Source of the DNA: Promethearchaeota archaeon
GTDB taxonomy: Archaea; Asgardarchaeota; Lokiarchaeia; Sigyniarchaeales; SOKP01
Length of the DNA stretch: 32,000 nucleotides
Assembly (NCBI GenBank): GCA_030606485.1
Contig: JAUWGH010000001.1
Coordinates: 270,001-302,000 of the forward strand
Reading direction: 5' to 3'
This document shows positions 1-9,982 of this stretch, one piece after another. The notes under the pieces are model-generated. The model had not been told where the DNA came from. It worked only from the letters and a program-made list of their open reading frames with translations, and searched no databases. The number at the start of each line of letters is the position of its first letter. Within the stretch, counting starts at the first letter, position 1. A program made the position numbers and the translations under genes.

Positions 1-1263
1 CAAAACATAAAACAAATAGAATTGTTTCTTAAAGGAGAAACCGATAAATTAACAAAAATTCTTAAGAATAAAATGGAAAAAGCAGTAGAAGAGCAAAATT
101 TTGAATCTGCTGCAATATGGCGTGATAGATTAGGTGATTTAACTCGTGTGACGATTAAGCATACAATAATTTCTGGAAATAAAAAAAATCAAGATATTAT
201 TAGTTATTATAAGGATGAAGAATATTCGGCTGTTTTGATTTTATTAATAAGAGAAGGAAAGCTATCGGGAAAAATTCCATTTATATACGATTTGAAAGGT
301 AAGCTTATAGAAAAGAATGGAATTATACCCGCTTTTATGAAACAGTATTATCTTCATCCAGCAACAAAAGTTCCTAATGAAATAATTGTAAATGAAATAC
401 ACAAGGATGTTGAGGTATTAAAAGATTTATTAAGCAAAAAAATAAAGAAAAAAATTAAAGTTAAAACTCCAAGTGATCATTTCGAGGAAGGGTTTTTAAA
501 AATTGCTAATAAAAATGCAAAAGTAATTGTTGAGCAAGAAAAAATAAAACAAGAACTAGAATTGGAGAGCTCTAATCAAATAAATCAAGCTCTTAATGAG
601 CTGAAAGAGGTTTTAAATCTCCCTAATATCCCTCATATTATTGAAGGATTTGATATTTCCAATATTCAAGGTACTGATCCAACAGGATCTTTAGTGTCTT
701 TTCTTGATGGAAAACCCAATAAAAAATGGTATCGACATTACAAAATAAGGTCTAAGTCTACACCTGACGATGTAGGCATGATGAAAGAAGTAGTGTACCG
801 TCGCTATAACTCTTTAATTGAAAAAAATCTAGAACTCCCAGATTTAATCCTAATAGATGGGGGTAAAGGTCAATTAAATGCATCTCTATCCGTTTTAAAT
901 GATTTAGGAATAGGAAATACACCGATATTAGGGTTAGCAAAGAAATTTGAAGAAATATATCTCCCTAATAAAAAAGAACCAATCAGATTATCGGATGATT
1001 CGGCAGCTCTCAAACTTTTGCAACGAGTTAGGGATGAAGCCCACCGATTTGGAGTGAAATTACATAGAAAATTAAGAGAAAAAAGAGTTTCAAAATCAAT
1101 TTTGGATGATATTCCTGGAATTGGCCCTTCTAAAAGAACAAAATTATTAGAAACTTTTGGAAGTGTAGTTGGAATAAAAAGAGCAAAACTTGAAGATATC
1201 TCAGAAGTTGTGGGAGAAAAATTAGCCACTATAATCCAAGATTTTTTATCTAATAATAATTAA
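1..1263 (+). CDS. uvrC: Excinuclease ABC subunit C, 5'-truncated by the window edge
   Basis: Frame is open from base 1. UVR coiled coil (MEKAVEEQNFESAAIWRD), RNase H-like endonuclease motifs (IEGFDISN, LILIDGGKGQL, RVRDEAHRF) and C-terminal HhH (LDDIPGIGP). Confidence 0.97.
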   Translation, partial: QNIKQIELFLKGETDKLTKILKNKMEKAVEEQNFESAAIWRDRLGDLTRVTIKHTIISGNKKNQDIISYYKDEEYSAVLILLIREGKLSGKIPFIYDLKGKLIEKNGIIPAFMKQYYLHPATKVPNEIIVNEIHKDVEVLKDLLSKKIKKKIKVKTPSDHFEEGFLKIANKNAKVIVEQEKIKQELELESSNQINQALNELKEVLNLPNIPHIIEGFDISNIQGTDPTGSLVSFLDGKPNKKWYRHYKIRSKSTPDDVGMMKEVVYRRYNSLIEKNLELPDLILIDGGKGQLNASLSVLNDLGIGNTPILGLAKKFEEIYLPNKKEPIRLSDDSAALKLLQRVRDEAHRFGVKLHRKLREKRVSKSILDDIPGIGPSKRTKLLETFGSVVGIKRAKLEDISEVVGEKLATIIQDFLSNNN

Positions 1264-1281
1264 TTTAAATTAAGTGATCAA

Positions 1282-1467
1282 ATGCCTAAGACTGTAAGAT
1301 TATGTCCTAAATGCCGTTCGGCCAAGTTACATCTTTTAACTAATGTATCTGGTTGGTTAGCCCCCCAGAAATTTGAATGTAAGGAATGTGGATATCATGG
1401 CTCCTTTTTTGTTGAAGTAGATATTGATGAATTAAAAAAAATGAAAGAAGAAAAAGAAAAGAAATAA
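1282..1467 (+). CDS. Small zinc-ribbon protein (CPxC...CxxC), function unknown
   Basis: 61 aa with CPKC and CKEC pairs around SGWLAP. SD-like AAGTGAT lies just upstream of the ATG. Confidence 0.8.
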   Translation: MPKTVRLCPKCRSAKLHLLTNVSGWLAPQKFECKECGYHGSFFVEVDIDELKKMKEEKEKK

Positions 1468-1552
1468 CCTGTTTGTAATCGGAATTAATAGCGAATCTAT
1501 AATTAAATATATTAATCTTTAATTTATTGAATATCTAAAAGTTTAATGTGTT

Positions 1553-2497
1553 TTGGATATGGAACAATTAAAAAAGGATGCAGAAAGAATTAGGTCTTTA
1601 GAAATTCAAGGTGCGACTAATGTATGTTTGAGTGCCTGTGATTTTTTAAATAGTTTTGCTCAAAGAATACAAGCAACGAATAAAAAAGAGATATTAGAAC
1701 AATTATATAAGGCAAAAGATGTATTAATTAATACTCGCCCTACAGAACCAGCAATGAAAAATGGATTGAAATATATTCTTAAAAAGCTTGAACTTGAAGC
1801 AGATTCTATTTCATTATCTGATATTCCTTTAAAAGTTCAACAATATAAAGAAAAATATCATAAGAGATTATTAAATTCAAAAGAGAAAATCGCAAAGATT
1901 GGTGCCAATCGTATTCCATATAAAGATCCAGAAGGTTTTACTGTAATGACACATTGTCACAGTACTATTGTTTCTGCGATTCTAATTGAGGCCAAAAAAC
2001 AGGGAAAAGAATTCAAAGTTATAAATACAGAAACTCAACCTAAATTGCAAGGAAGGAAAACGACGAAAGAGTTGTTAGAAGAAAATATAGAAGTAATTCA
2101 TATAGTCGATTCCGCGATGCGCTGGGCTGTTAATCACTTTGAAGTAGATTTAATTTTAATTGGGGCTGATTCAATTACTTCAGAAGGTACTGTTTTAAAC
2201 AAAATCGGCTCAAGATTATTAGCTTTGGTTGCACATGAAGAACATGTACCCTTTTATGTTGCTTCACCGCTGCTGAAATATAATCCTGAAACCTCTTTTG
2301 GATTATTAGAAAAGATTGAAATGAGAGATACTAAGGAAATATGGGAGAATCCCCCAGAAGGCGTACAAGTAATTAATCCTGCCTTTGAAACTGTTAGTCG
2401 GAGGTATATTGATGGGATTATTACTGAAGCAGGTATTTTTGCTCCTAGTTATATTCATATATATTTCGAAAGACTTTATCCGGAATTAGTGGGATAG
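1553..2497 (+). CDS. Ribose-1,5-bisphosphate isomerase (eIF2B alpha/beta/delta family)
   Basis: EIQGAT, TRPTEP, MTHCHS (catalytic Cys), GADSIT (catalytic Asp) and NKIGS motifs; form III RuBisCO is nearby. Start may be ATG 1559. Confidence 0.88.
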   Translation: MDMEQLKKDAERIRSLEIQGATNVCLSACDFLNSFAQRIQATNKKEILEQLYKAKDVLINTRPTEPAMKNGLKYILKKLELEADSISLSDIPLKVQQYKEKYHKRLLNSKEKIAKIGANRIPYKDPEGFTVMTHCHSTIVSAILIEAKKQGKEFKVINTETQPKLQGRKTTKELLEENIEVIHIVDSAMRWAVNHFEVDLILIGADSITSEGTVLNKIGSRLLALVAHEEHVPFYVASPLLKYNPETSFGLLEKIEMRDTKEIWENPPEGVQVINPAFETVSRRYIDGIITEAGIFAPSYIHIYFERLYPELVG

Positions 2498-2500
2498 ATA

Positions 2501-2587
2501 TCAATCTCTAATACATCTCCATTTTTCTGGTGCTTTTTTCAATTTACATGAGTTTTTTGTATTCTCGATTAGATAAATATTCTCCAA
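2501..2587 (-). pseudogene. Decayed copy of the RuBisCO gene 3' end
   Basis: Translates LENIYLIENTKNSCKLKKAPEKWRCIRD* versus rbcL LDNINLSEYAKTHNELKKALEKWKYLK*. 2519-2544 matches 5128-5153 at 23/26 nt. Confidence 0.8.
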
Positions 2588-3202
2588 TAAGAATAGAGTA
2601 TGTAAATAAAAAAAGAGAACATTACTAAATAAAAGAAAAATTTAAAAATCTATATTCTGAAAAAATTTTAAATAATTGCACTCATCCAACATTTTGAGAA
2701 TTGTTTCACTGAATGAAAAATTCTTAACATAAATAAACAAACCATAATAACTATATAGAGCAAAATGTTAAGATATTGAATCAAAATAATAAAAACAATT
2801 ATATGGATAGCAAAAATTAAAATAGGCTAAAATATTACTCCTGAAAATAATAAAATATCAATTTTTAAAAAGAAGATTCTGTAAAAATTAATCAATTATG
2901 AAGAATAATTGCCTTTTCTCTTTTAATAGTCTAAATATTTATTAAATTTTATTCATTTAAGGTATAACCCATTTAGATTTTATAGAATAAATAAACACAC
3001 AGATCATTTTTTGTATTATATTTATAAATAATAATTCATTATTAATTACATCACAAAAGGGAAATTCATAAAAAATGGTTAATATAAACCTTTATTTTGT
3101 TAATATTTTAAATTGAATTTGCTCTAATAAACAAAATTTTAATAGATAATTTTCCACTTAACATTATTTCTTGAAAGACACATAAAAATAGAATGGATAA
3201 TC

Positions 3203-4015
3203 TTGAATATTATATTAAATAAACAAATTAGTAGTTATTGGGATAATCACTCAAAAAGATATAGAAAAGCACAATGGACAGGAACATTAACTTCCCAGTT
3301 TGATTATGAACAAACAAAAAGAAAATTATTAAGAAATTTAAGACCAAAAAGAAAGGAAAAAATTTTAGAAATTGGTTGTGGTCCCGGTATTTGGACGCAA
3401 TTAATAGCAAAAAACTGCTTTGAGTTAGTTGCAATAGATATTTCTAAAGAAATGATTGATAAAGTAAAAAATTATGTTAAAGATAATAATGTAAAATTTA
3501 TTAACTGCAATTTTCTGGATTTTGAAGTTAATGAAAAATTTGATAAAATATTTTCAGTCCGAGTAATTGAATATATTCCTAATAAAATTAAATTATTCAA
3601 GAAGATCAGTAAACTTTTAGTTCCCAATGGGGAATTAGTGATAATAACAAAAACAAAAAAGTCTATTTGGGATTATTATAAGAAATTAAAAGTATTCCTA
3701 CGATTTTATAATCGGAATAAGTTTAATGAAGTTAGACAATATTCATGGTTTGAAAATCTTTCATTAAAGTTTTTAAAATCCTTAATAAAACAAAATAATT
3801 TATCCATTCTTAATATTTCACCAGTAATAATAAGGTTACCAATTTTTAAACGGGGAAATGATGAAATTCCTTTGATAACAAAAAAATTAGAGAAAAAAGT
3901 TCTAAAAATGTTTAATTATCTTTCTGGAAAGCTCTCTAAGATGCCTATTCATTTTCAATTATTTATTGCTGAATCATATTTAATTCATGCAAAAAAAAAG
4001 GTGTTATATAGATGA
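3203..4015 (+). CDS. Class I SAM-dependent methyltransferase
   Basis: Motif I ILEIGCGPG, then AIDIS, FDKIFS and LLVPNGEL. Start is uncertain (TTG). Very AT-rich. Confidence 0.88.
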   Translation: MNIILNKQISSYWDNHSKRYRKAQWTGTLTSQFDYEQTKRKLLRNLRPKRKEKILEIGCGPGIWTQLIAKNCFELVAIDISKEMIDKVKNYVKDNNVKFINCNFLDFEVNEKFDKIFSVRVIEYIPNKIKLFKKISKLLVPNGELVIITKTKKSIWDYYKKLKVFLRFYNRNKFNEVRQYSWFENLSLKFLKSLIKQNNLSILNISPVIIRLPIFKRGNDEIPLITKKLEKKVLKMFNYLSGKLSKMPIHFQLFIAESYLIHAKKKVLYR

Positions 4016-5043
4016 GTATTTCTATTATAATTCCAACTCATAATCGTGCTGAAATACTTGAATACTTACTTATTGAACTAAATAATCAAAAAGGTAAATT
4101 TGAAATTATTATTGTTGATGATGCATCAACTGATGGAACTAGAAAAATGATTAAGAATACTGCTCCACATCTGAAATATAAATTAATATATATTCAATTA
4201 AAACATCAAGTAGGACTGCCCACTTCTAGGAATATAGGAGTTAGACATAGTAATCATGAAATCGTTGGATTTATAGATGATGATTGTTTTCCAATAAGGA
4301 ATGATTTGTTCAAACAAGCAAAAAAATGGCTCAAATCAAAAAAAAGTAAAATAGTGGGAGTTGGAGGACCAGTTTTTTTAAGATCCACAAAACAAAATCC
4401 TTCTCTCTCTAAGATAGAAATTTCAAGTAGAATGATTGGAAAGATCAATAAAATTATTCCAGAAATAATTGGAAATTTTTATATAAAACCAAAAAAGCCA
4501 ATCTTAGTTGATACTCTTCCTGGTGGAAATATGTACTTTAAAAAAGGTATTATTTACCGATGTATGGGATTTAATCCACAATTTGATGGAAATCATTATC
4601 GAGAAGAAACAGATTTTTGTCTTAAAGCAAAAGAATATGGTAAAATAATTTTTGATCCGAAAATGCTAGTAAATCATTTAAGAGTTAATTTTGGTGGCTG
4701 CAGGTGTAAAGCAGAAAAATGGTATTTAAATATTATATCTAATACAACTTTATTGATAATGAAGCATTGGAAAAGTCCTATTGAAATTATTATTGGTATT
4801 TCTTTATATTTTTTCAAATGGATTTATAATTTAATATATTGTAAGGAAGATCAGCGTTATTATAATGTTGACAGAAATACTTTATTTCGTTCAATTTTAA
4901 AAGGTTTCTGGCAAGGTTTTAAAAAATATTTTTTACGTTCGAAAAAGTTAAATTCAATAATTATTGAAGAGAAATTGAAGTATACCCCAAATATTATTTC
5001 CGATCTTTATAAACACGATTTAGTAAAAGCTGAAATATCCTGA
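4012..5043 (+). CDS. Glycosyltransferase family 2
   Basis: SIIIPTHNR, IVDDAS, RNIG, FIDDD (DxD) and EETDF motifs. 4-bp overlap with the methyltransferase suggests translational coupling. Confidence 0.92.
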   Translation: MSISIIIPTHNRAEILEYLLIELNNQKGKFEIIIVDDASTDGTRKMIKNTAPHLKYKLIYIQLKHQVGLPTSRNIGVRHSNHEIVGFIDDDCFPIRNDLFKQAKKWLKSKKSKIVGVGGPVFLRSTKQNPSLSKIEISSRMIGKINKIIPEIIGNFYIKPKKPILVDTLPGGNMYFKKGIIYRCMGFNPQFDGNHYREETDFCLKAKEYGKIIFDPKMLVNHLRVNFGGCRCKAEKWYLNIISNTTLLIMKHWKSPIEIIIGISLYFFKWIYNLIYCKEDQRYYNVDRNTLFRSILKGFWQGFKKYFLRSKKLNSIIIEEKLKYTPNIISDLYKHDLVKAEIS

Positions 5044-5112
5044 ATTTTGGATCTTTTCTGTTTTATCCTTATTTTAATTATAATAGTCTAATCTTTGTGT
5101 TTTCAACTTAAA

Positions 5113-6396
5113 TTATTTTAAATATTTCCATTTTTCAAGTGCTTTTTTTAATTCATTATGGGTTTTTGCATATTCACTTAAATTAATGTTATCCAAATAA
5201 GCTTGAACTGCTTGCCTCATAGCTTTTGCTCCAGCTTCGGTACCTTCTGGATGGCCATGGACACCTCCACCCGCTTGAATTACGATATCTTTTCCTAAAA
5301 TATCAATTAATTTATGGACAACATTAGGATATAGACCTCCTGAGGCGACTGGTAAAGTTGTTCTAATATTTCCCCAATTTTGATGCAGATTTGAATAATC
5401 TATTTCTTCAATTGTCTTATTGGTTATAATATTATTTATGTTTACTACTTCTTCTTTACCTCCTTCCATTTTTCCAACTACTGTACCAGTATGTAATTGA
5501 TCCATACCGATCAACCTTGAAATTTTTGCAATAGCGAGCATTGACATCCCATGTCTTTGATTCCTCGTGAGAGCGGCATGCATAGCACGATGTGCGTGTA
5601 TCACAACATTTTTATCATCAAGATAATCTCGAATTTCTTGAAGTGCAGAAAATCCTAAAGTAATTATATCGACCATTATATATTCTCCTCCTTGCTCAAT
5701 GACAAAATCTGCTCTTTTTTTCATTTCACTAACCGGAGCAGTGATATTAGGCATATAAATTTTCTTTTCTCCAGTTTCTATTTCGATTTTATCCCGAATC
5801 TTTATAGTTTCTTTAACTCTTGTCTCGAATTTATTAAATCTCATGCTTGTTAAGTTTTCATCATCTTTTACTATGTCTAGACCTCCTAACCACGATTCTC
5901 CGCAAACTTTTGCGTGCTGTTTTGGATTTAAGCCCACTTTTGGTTTGACGATTGTACCCAGAAGAGGTCTATCAAAAACTTTTAATAATTTTCGAATTCC
6001 CTTTATTCCGAATTTAGGTCCTTTATATACATTTACAATACTTTTTGGGAACTCTATGTCAATTAATCTTAAATTGTCAATTGCTTTCATGCCATAAATA
6101 TTACCAGCAATAGCACTTAGAATTTGAGGAATATTATCTGCTTCGAAGAGTTCCTCGTTATAGGCGATCTTAATAATATTCTCTTTTTCATCTATATGAT
6201 ATACGCTTGGTTTTAATCTTTGAGCAATATCTTCAGAAAGTGTGGCAATTTCTGTCCAGGTTCCAATAGAACTTTCTTTTGCGATTTCTTCAGCCGCTTT
6301 TTCTAAAGATGAAGTATCTGCCGCTTTTTCAACATAGTACATAACTACAAGATCTTTTCCAGAGGGACTATAATTCAGATTTAAATAATTTAACAT
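5113..6396 (-). CDS. rbcL: Form III RuBisCO large subunit (AMP/nucleoside salvage)
   Basis: ESSIGTW, GTIVKPKVG, GLDIVKDDE (carbamylated Lys motif), HAHRAMH, LHTGT, VASGG and QAGGGVHGHP. No small subunit in view; R15P isomerase nearby. Confidence 0.96.
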   Translation of the reverse strand: MLNYLNLNYSPSGKDLVVMYYVEKAADTSSLEKAAEEIAKESSIGTWTEIATLSEDIAQRLKPSVYHIDEKENIIKIAYNEELFEADNIPQILSAIAGNIYGMKAIDNLRLIDIEFPKSIVNVYKGPKFGIKGIRKLLKVFDRPLLGTIVKPKVGLNPKQHAKVCGESWLGGLDIVKDDENLTSMRFNKFETRVKETIKIRDKIEIETGEKKIYMPNITAPVSEMKKRADFVIEQGGEYIMVDIITLGFSALQEIRDYLDDKNVVIHAHRAMHAALTRNQRHGMSMLAIAKISRLIGMDQLHTGTVVGKMEGGKEEVVNINNIITNKTIEEIDYSNLHQNWGNIRTTLPVASGGLYPNVVHKLIDILGKDIVIQAGGGVHGHPEGTEAGAKAMRQAVQAYLDNINLSEYAKTHNELKKALEKWKYLK

Positions 6397-6561
6397 TTTG
6401 GATTCTCTTTTTGATATTTTATTATAGAATAATTAAATGAATCATTTCTATTCCTACAATTTATTATTTAAAGAACAGTAAAATAAAAATTTAGAGATGT
6501 TAAAAATATATAAATAGTAAAAAATTTAATTGATTCTTTTTTCTCTAATTTGTGAATTGAG

Positions 6562-6900
6562 ATGTCAACAAAAAAAGAAAGTTCTGAGCCCGAAGAAATA
6601 GAGTTAAGGAAAATTTATTTGAAAGTAAATGACTTGAGTTATAAAGATGATTCCTTAGTTGTAGATTTGGTCCGTTTTTTACAAGAAAAATTAGCAAGTA
6701 TCCAAATTGAGAGGAATGGAAATGAACTTGAGATTTCAGCTCCGTTATCAATGCCAAAAAAAACAATAAAGCTCAGAATTCGGAAATTTTTATATAAAAA
6801 CAACTTAAAAGAGAATTTCCGCCCGATATCTTACAAAAAAGATGAGAAGGATGGGTACGAAATTCATGAAAAGAAACAAGTAGAATTCACTTATTATTAG
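6562..6900 (+). CDS. rpl22e: Ribosomal protein eL22 (L22e) homologue
   Basis: FLQEKL...IERNGNELEI...KKTIKLRIRKFLYKNNLKENFR...YEI parallels eukaryotic eL22 as I recall it (FLQERI...IERSKSKITV...[22 protein letters not shown]...YEL). Confidence 0.82.
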   Translation: MSTKKESSEPEEIELRKIYLKVNDLSYKDDSLVVDLVRFLQEKLASIQIERNGNELEISAPLSMPKKTIKLRIRKFLYKNNLKENFRPISYKKDEKDGYEIHEKKQVEFTYY

Positions 6901-6924
6901 ATTAATTCTTTATATCATACTATA

Positions 6925-7905
6925 ATGGCTAAACCTGAAAAAGTGAAAGGTCTAATCCTTTCAATTAATTCTGTTGACGATGTTTTAACATGCGTTAATT
7001 TAGCTAGCCTCTTAGAAGTTGCAGCATGGCCTAAACCGGGTAATGTTCATCGTACAATAAATTTTGAGAAAACACGGTTTGAACATTTTCTTGCTGGAAT
7101 TTGTGCAATTCAAACATCTTTTAAAGATTTATGTTATAGAGTGTCTGAAGAATATAAAACTAATCTACATGATTTTTCATTTGTAAAACTAGGTAATTTT
7201 TTCCTTGATGCTGTTAAAAGGATGATAGATTGGCAAAGGGGTGGAAATGTTTTATTAGGGCATATTTTAATTCTTGGGATATTATCTGCAACCGCAACAA
7301 TTTGCATTAAACAAGAAGCATTATCTTTTAATGACTTTAAACAAAATTTAGTTAAAATAATAAAAGAATCTACACCAACAGATTCAATTAATCTTTATAA
7401 AGCAATAAGGTATTGTAACCCGGGTGGAATGGGACAGGTTCAAAGATATGATTTATATAATGATAATTCACTTCAAGATCTCAAATCAGATAACCTTAAT
7501 TTGGAAAAAATCTTTCAACTTTCACAAGATTATGATTTAATTAGCTATGAATATGCAAATGGTTTTCCCATAATTTTATCTGAAGGATTTACTTATTATA
7601 TGGATATATTTGATAAAACTAAAGATATAAATGTTGCTTCAGTACATACATTTTTAAACATTTTAGCAAATCACCCAGATACATTAATTTGTAGAAAAAG
7701 CGGGCTCTCTGCAGCAAAGATGGTTTCTCTAACCGCAAAAGAAATTTTAGATGAAAAGGGTCTATTAACTCCTAAAGGAAGAGAAATGATTAATAAATTT
7801 GATATATTCTTACAGTCAAAAAAAGGTAAATTTAACCCAGGAACATCTGCAGACCTATTGACTGGTGTAATTTTTATCTCTTTAATTTTTGGTATAAAAT
7901 TTTAA
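6925..7905 (+). CDS. citG: CitG-family triphosphoribosyl-dephospho-CoA synthase-like protein (archaeal type)
   Basis: LEVAAWPKPGNVHR near the N-terminus, GGNVLLG, and NPGTSADL near the C-terminus. Confidence 0.85.
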   Translation: MAKPEKVKGLILSINSVDDVLTCVNLASLLEVAAWPKPGNVHRTINFEKTRFEHFLAGICAIQTSFKDLCYRVSEEYKTNLHDFSFVKLGNFFLDAVKRMIDWQRGGNVLLGHILILGILSATATICIKQEALSFNDFKQNLVKIIKESTPTDSINLYKAIRYCNPGGMGQVQRYDLYNDNSLQDLKSDNLNLEKIFQLSQDYDLISYEYANGFPIILSEGFTYYMDIFDKTKDINVASVHTFLNILANHPDTLICRKSGLSAAKMVSLTAKEILDEKGLLTPKGREMINKFDIFLQSKKGKFNPGTSADLLTGVIFISLIFGIKF

Positions 7906-7931
7906 TTATAAAATACAATAATATCGAGGTC

Positions 7932-8300
7932 TTGAAAAAAATGGTTGATTTTTGCGATGAATGTGGTGGGTTAATGATTCCAACAAAAGATGATACTGGA
8001 AAAATAATATTTAGATGTAAATCTTGTCGTAAAACAAAATCACTTGACGGTGTAGAAGAAGATCATTACTCAATAAAGAAAAAAATCGAACACTCTATTC
8101 GAAGAGAAATAACAAGCGCTTCTGCAATATTAAAATGGAAGGATGAAAACCTAAAAAGCGCAATAAAAAATTTTAAATGCCCTAAATGCGGTTATGATAA
8201 GGCTGCATTAGAAACACGTCAAACAAGAAGTGCCGATGAAGGTATGACTCATTTTATAATCTGTTTAAAATGTGGTAAGATGATAAAAATTGGAAGTTAA
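7932..8300 (+). CDS. tfs: Transcription factor S (TFS, RpoM family)
   Basis: Two zinc ribbons (FCDECG...CKSC; CPKCG...CLKCG) with the acidic hairpin QTRSADE. Start is probably ATG 7941. Confidence 0.92.
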   Translation: MKKMVDFCDECGGLMIPTKDDTGKIIFRCKSCRKTKSLDGVEEDHYSIKKKIEHSIRREITSASAILKWKDENLKSAIKNFKCPKCGYDKAALETRQTRSADEGMTHFIICLKCGKMIKIGS

Positions 8301-8363
8301 ATATTCATTTATTTTGTAAAGTATTAAATATTTAAGATAACCCAATTCTTTATTTTAATATAA

Positions 8364-9821
8364 ATGACTTACACTCCCAATCTAAAATCTATAAAAAAAC
8401 ATAAAGTTCCTAACTGGTACCATGATGCTAAATTTGGAATTTTTATTCATTGGAGTTTATCTTCTGTTCCTGCATTTGCAGAGGTCGGGCAAGGAGATCT
8501 AGTTGAGATTCAGAAAAAAGAGGGAATTGGTGCACAATTTGCAAAAAATCCATATGCTGAATGGTATTTAAACTCCCTTAGAATTGCTGGTACTGAGACT
8601 CAAAAATATCATCGTGAGACTTATGGAGAAAATTTCTCCTATGATGATTTTATTCCTATGTTCAATGAAGCCATTAAAAAATGGAATCCAGATGAATGGG
8701 TGGATTTATTTAAAAAAGCAGGAGCTAAATATGTTGTTCTTGTTACCAAACATCATGATGGCTTTCTACTGTGGCATAGTAATTATCCTAACCCTCGAAA
8801 GAAAAATTATTCAGCAAGTCGAGATATTGTAGGAGAGCTGACAAAGACAGTTAAGAATGCGGGTATGAGGATGGGTTTCTATTATTCTGGTGCATTAGAC
8901 TGGTCTTTTACCGAGACTCCAATTATTGACATTATTTCTATGTTAGATAATGGATCTACTGAGCCAGAATATGTTGAGTATGTGAATAATCATTGGTATG
9001 AATTGATAGATAAATATGAACCAATGATTCTCTGGAATGATATTGGATATCCTCCTAAAACAAATATGAATGAACTATTTGCTTATTTTTATAATAAGTT
9101 TCCAGATGGTGTTGTTAATGATAGATGGATTCAAATTCCGAAAATTGTTCGAAAAAAATTGAAATCCATACCAATCTCAGCATTTATAAATAAGATGGCC
9201 AAATATATGGATTCTGGAGAGGGTGATTCTTTACTAAAACCACCTCATAATGATTTTCAAACACCAGAATATACCCGCTTTAAAGAAATTAGAGAAACTA
9301 AATGGGAAAGTACAAGAGGCATCGGTCATTCATTTGGATATAATAAATTTGAACCAGAAAATCAATATTTAACGCTGGAAGAATTAGTCCATATGTTTGT
9401 GGATATTGTGAGTAAAAATGGGAATCTCTTGTTGAATGTTGGTCCAATGGCTGATGGTACGATTCCAGAAATTCAAAAAAATCTTCTATTAAAATTTGGT
9501 AAATGGCTTGAAGTGAATGGAGATGCAATTTATGGAACCCGCCCGTGGATAAGAGCAGAAGGTAAAACTTTAGGAAATAATGAAATTCGCTATACTCAGA
9601 AAGAAGATTCATTATACGCTATTCTGTTGGGAAAACTCAAAAATAATGAAGTTGTGATTAAGTCCTTAATTATAGATCCTATTGCTAAAATAAATCTCTT
9701 AGGCAATTCAATTAATTTAAAGTGGAAACAAAAAAATAATAATCTTGTAATTATTCTATCTAAAAATTTACATGATGCTCCAGCATACGCATTTAAAATA
9801 AAACCTAAACCACAAAGATAA
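8364..9821 (+). CDS. Alpha-L-fucosidase (GH29)
   Basis: WYHDAKFGIFIHW, YAEWY, KHHDGF, LWND (nucleophile Asp) and SKNGNLLLNVGP motifs. No signal peptide. Confidence 0.93.
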   Translation: MTYTPNLKSIKKHKVPNWYHDAKFGIFIHWSLSSVPAFAEVGQGDLVEIQKKEGIGAQFAKNPYAEWYLNSLRIAGTETQKYHRETYGENFSYDDFIPMFNEAIKKWNPDEWVDLFKKAGAKYVVLVTKHHDGFLLWHSNYPNPRKKNYSASRDIVGELTKTVKNAGMRMGFYYSGALDWSFTETPIIDIISMLDNGSTEPEYVEYVNNHWYELIDKYEPMILWNDIGYPPKTNMNELFAYFYNKFPDGVVNDRWIQIPKIVRKKLKSIPISAFINKMAKYMDSGEGDSLLKPPHNDFQTPEYTRFKEIRETKWESTRGIGHSFGYNKFEPENQYLTLEELVHMFVDIVSKNGNLLLNVGPMADGTIPEIQKNLLLKFGKWLEVNGDAIYGTRPWIRAEGKTLGNNEIRYTQKEDSLYAILLGKLKNNEVVIKSLIIDPIAKINLLGNSINLKWKQKNNNLVIILSKNLHDAPAYAFKIKPKPQR

Positions 9822-9849
9822 AATTGTAATAATTTAACGATTCTTCTAC

Positions 9850-9915
9850 TTAGTAAAATACTAATTTTTCTGTCTTTTCACTCAATAATCTTTTTTCTCG
9901 GTCTTTCTCTTTAAG
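9850..9915 (-). pseudogene. Diverged copy of the 3' end of the membrane-protein gene at 11310-11783
   Basis: Reads LKEKDREKRLLSEKTEKLVFY* versus YIKDRERRLMRERTE*. 9868-9903 matches 11313-11348 at 31/36 nt. Confidence 0.8.
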
Positions 9916-9982
9916 TTGCGTTGTTAATACTTAATAATTATGAAATCTTTTAAAAAATTGATTACGCTCATTTAAAAACTAA

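Noticed and set aside
1553-2497. Annotation as a translation factor eIF2B subunit
   Set aside because: Catalytic Cys (THCHS) and Asp (GADS) plus the nearby form III RuBisCO favour ribose-1,5-bisphosphate isomerase.
2590-2900. Hydrophobic, stop-interrupted minus-strand frame resembling a decayed membrane-protein gene
   Set aside because: T-rich sequence gives F/I/L-rich translations by default, there are several stops, and no family motif is recognisable. Possible but unsupported.
3193-3222. Out-of-frame ATG (MDNLEYYIK*) just before the methyltransferase, suggesting a frameshifted start
   Set aside because: An in-frame TTG at 3203 is adequate, and this cannot be resolved without orthologues.
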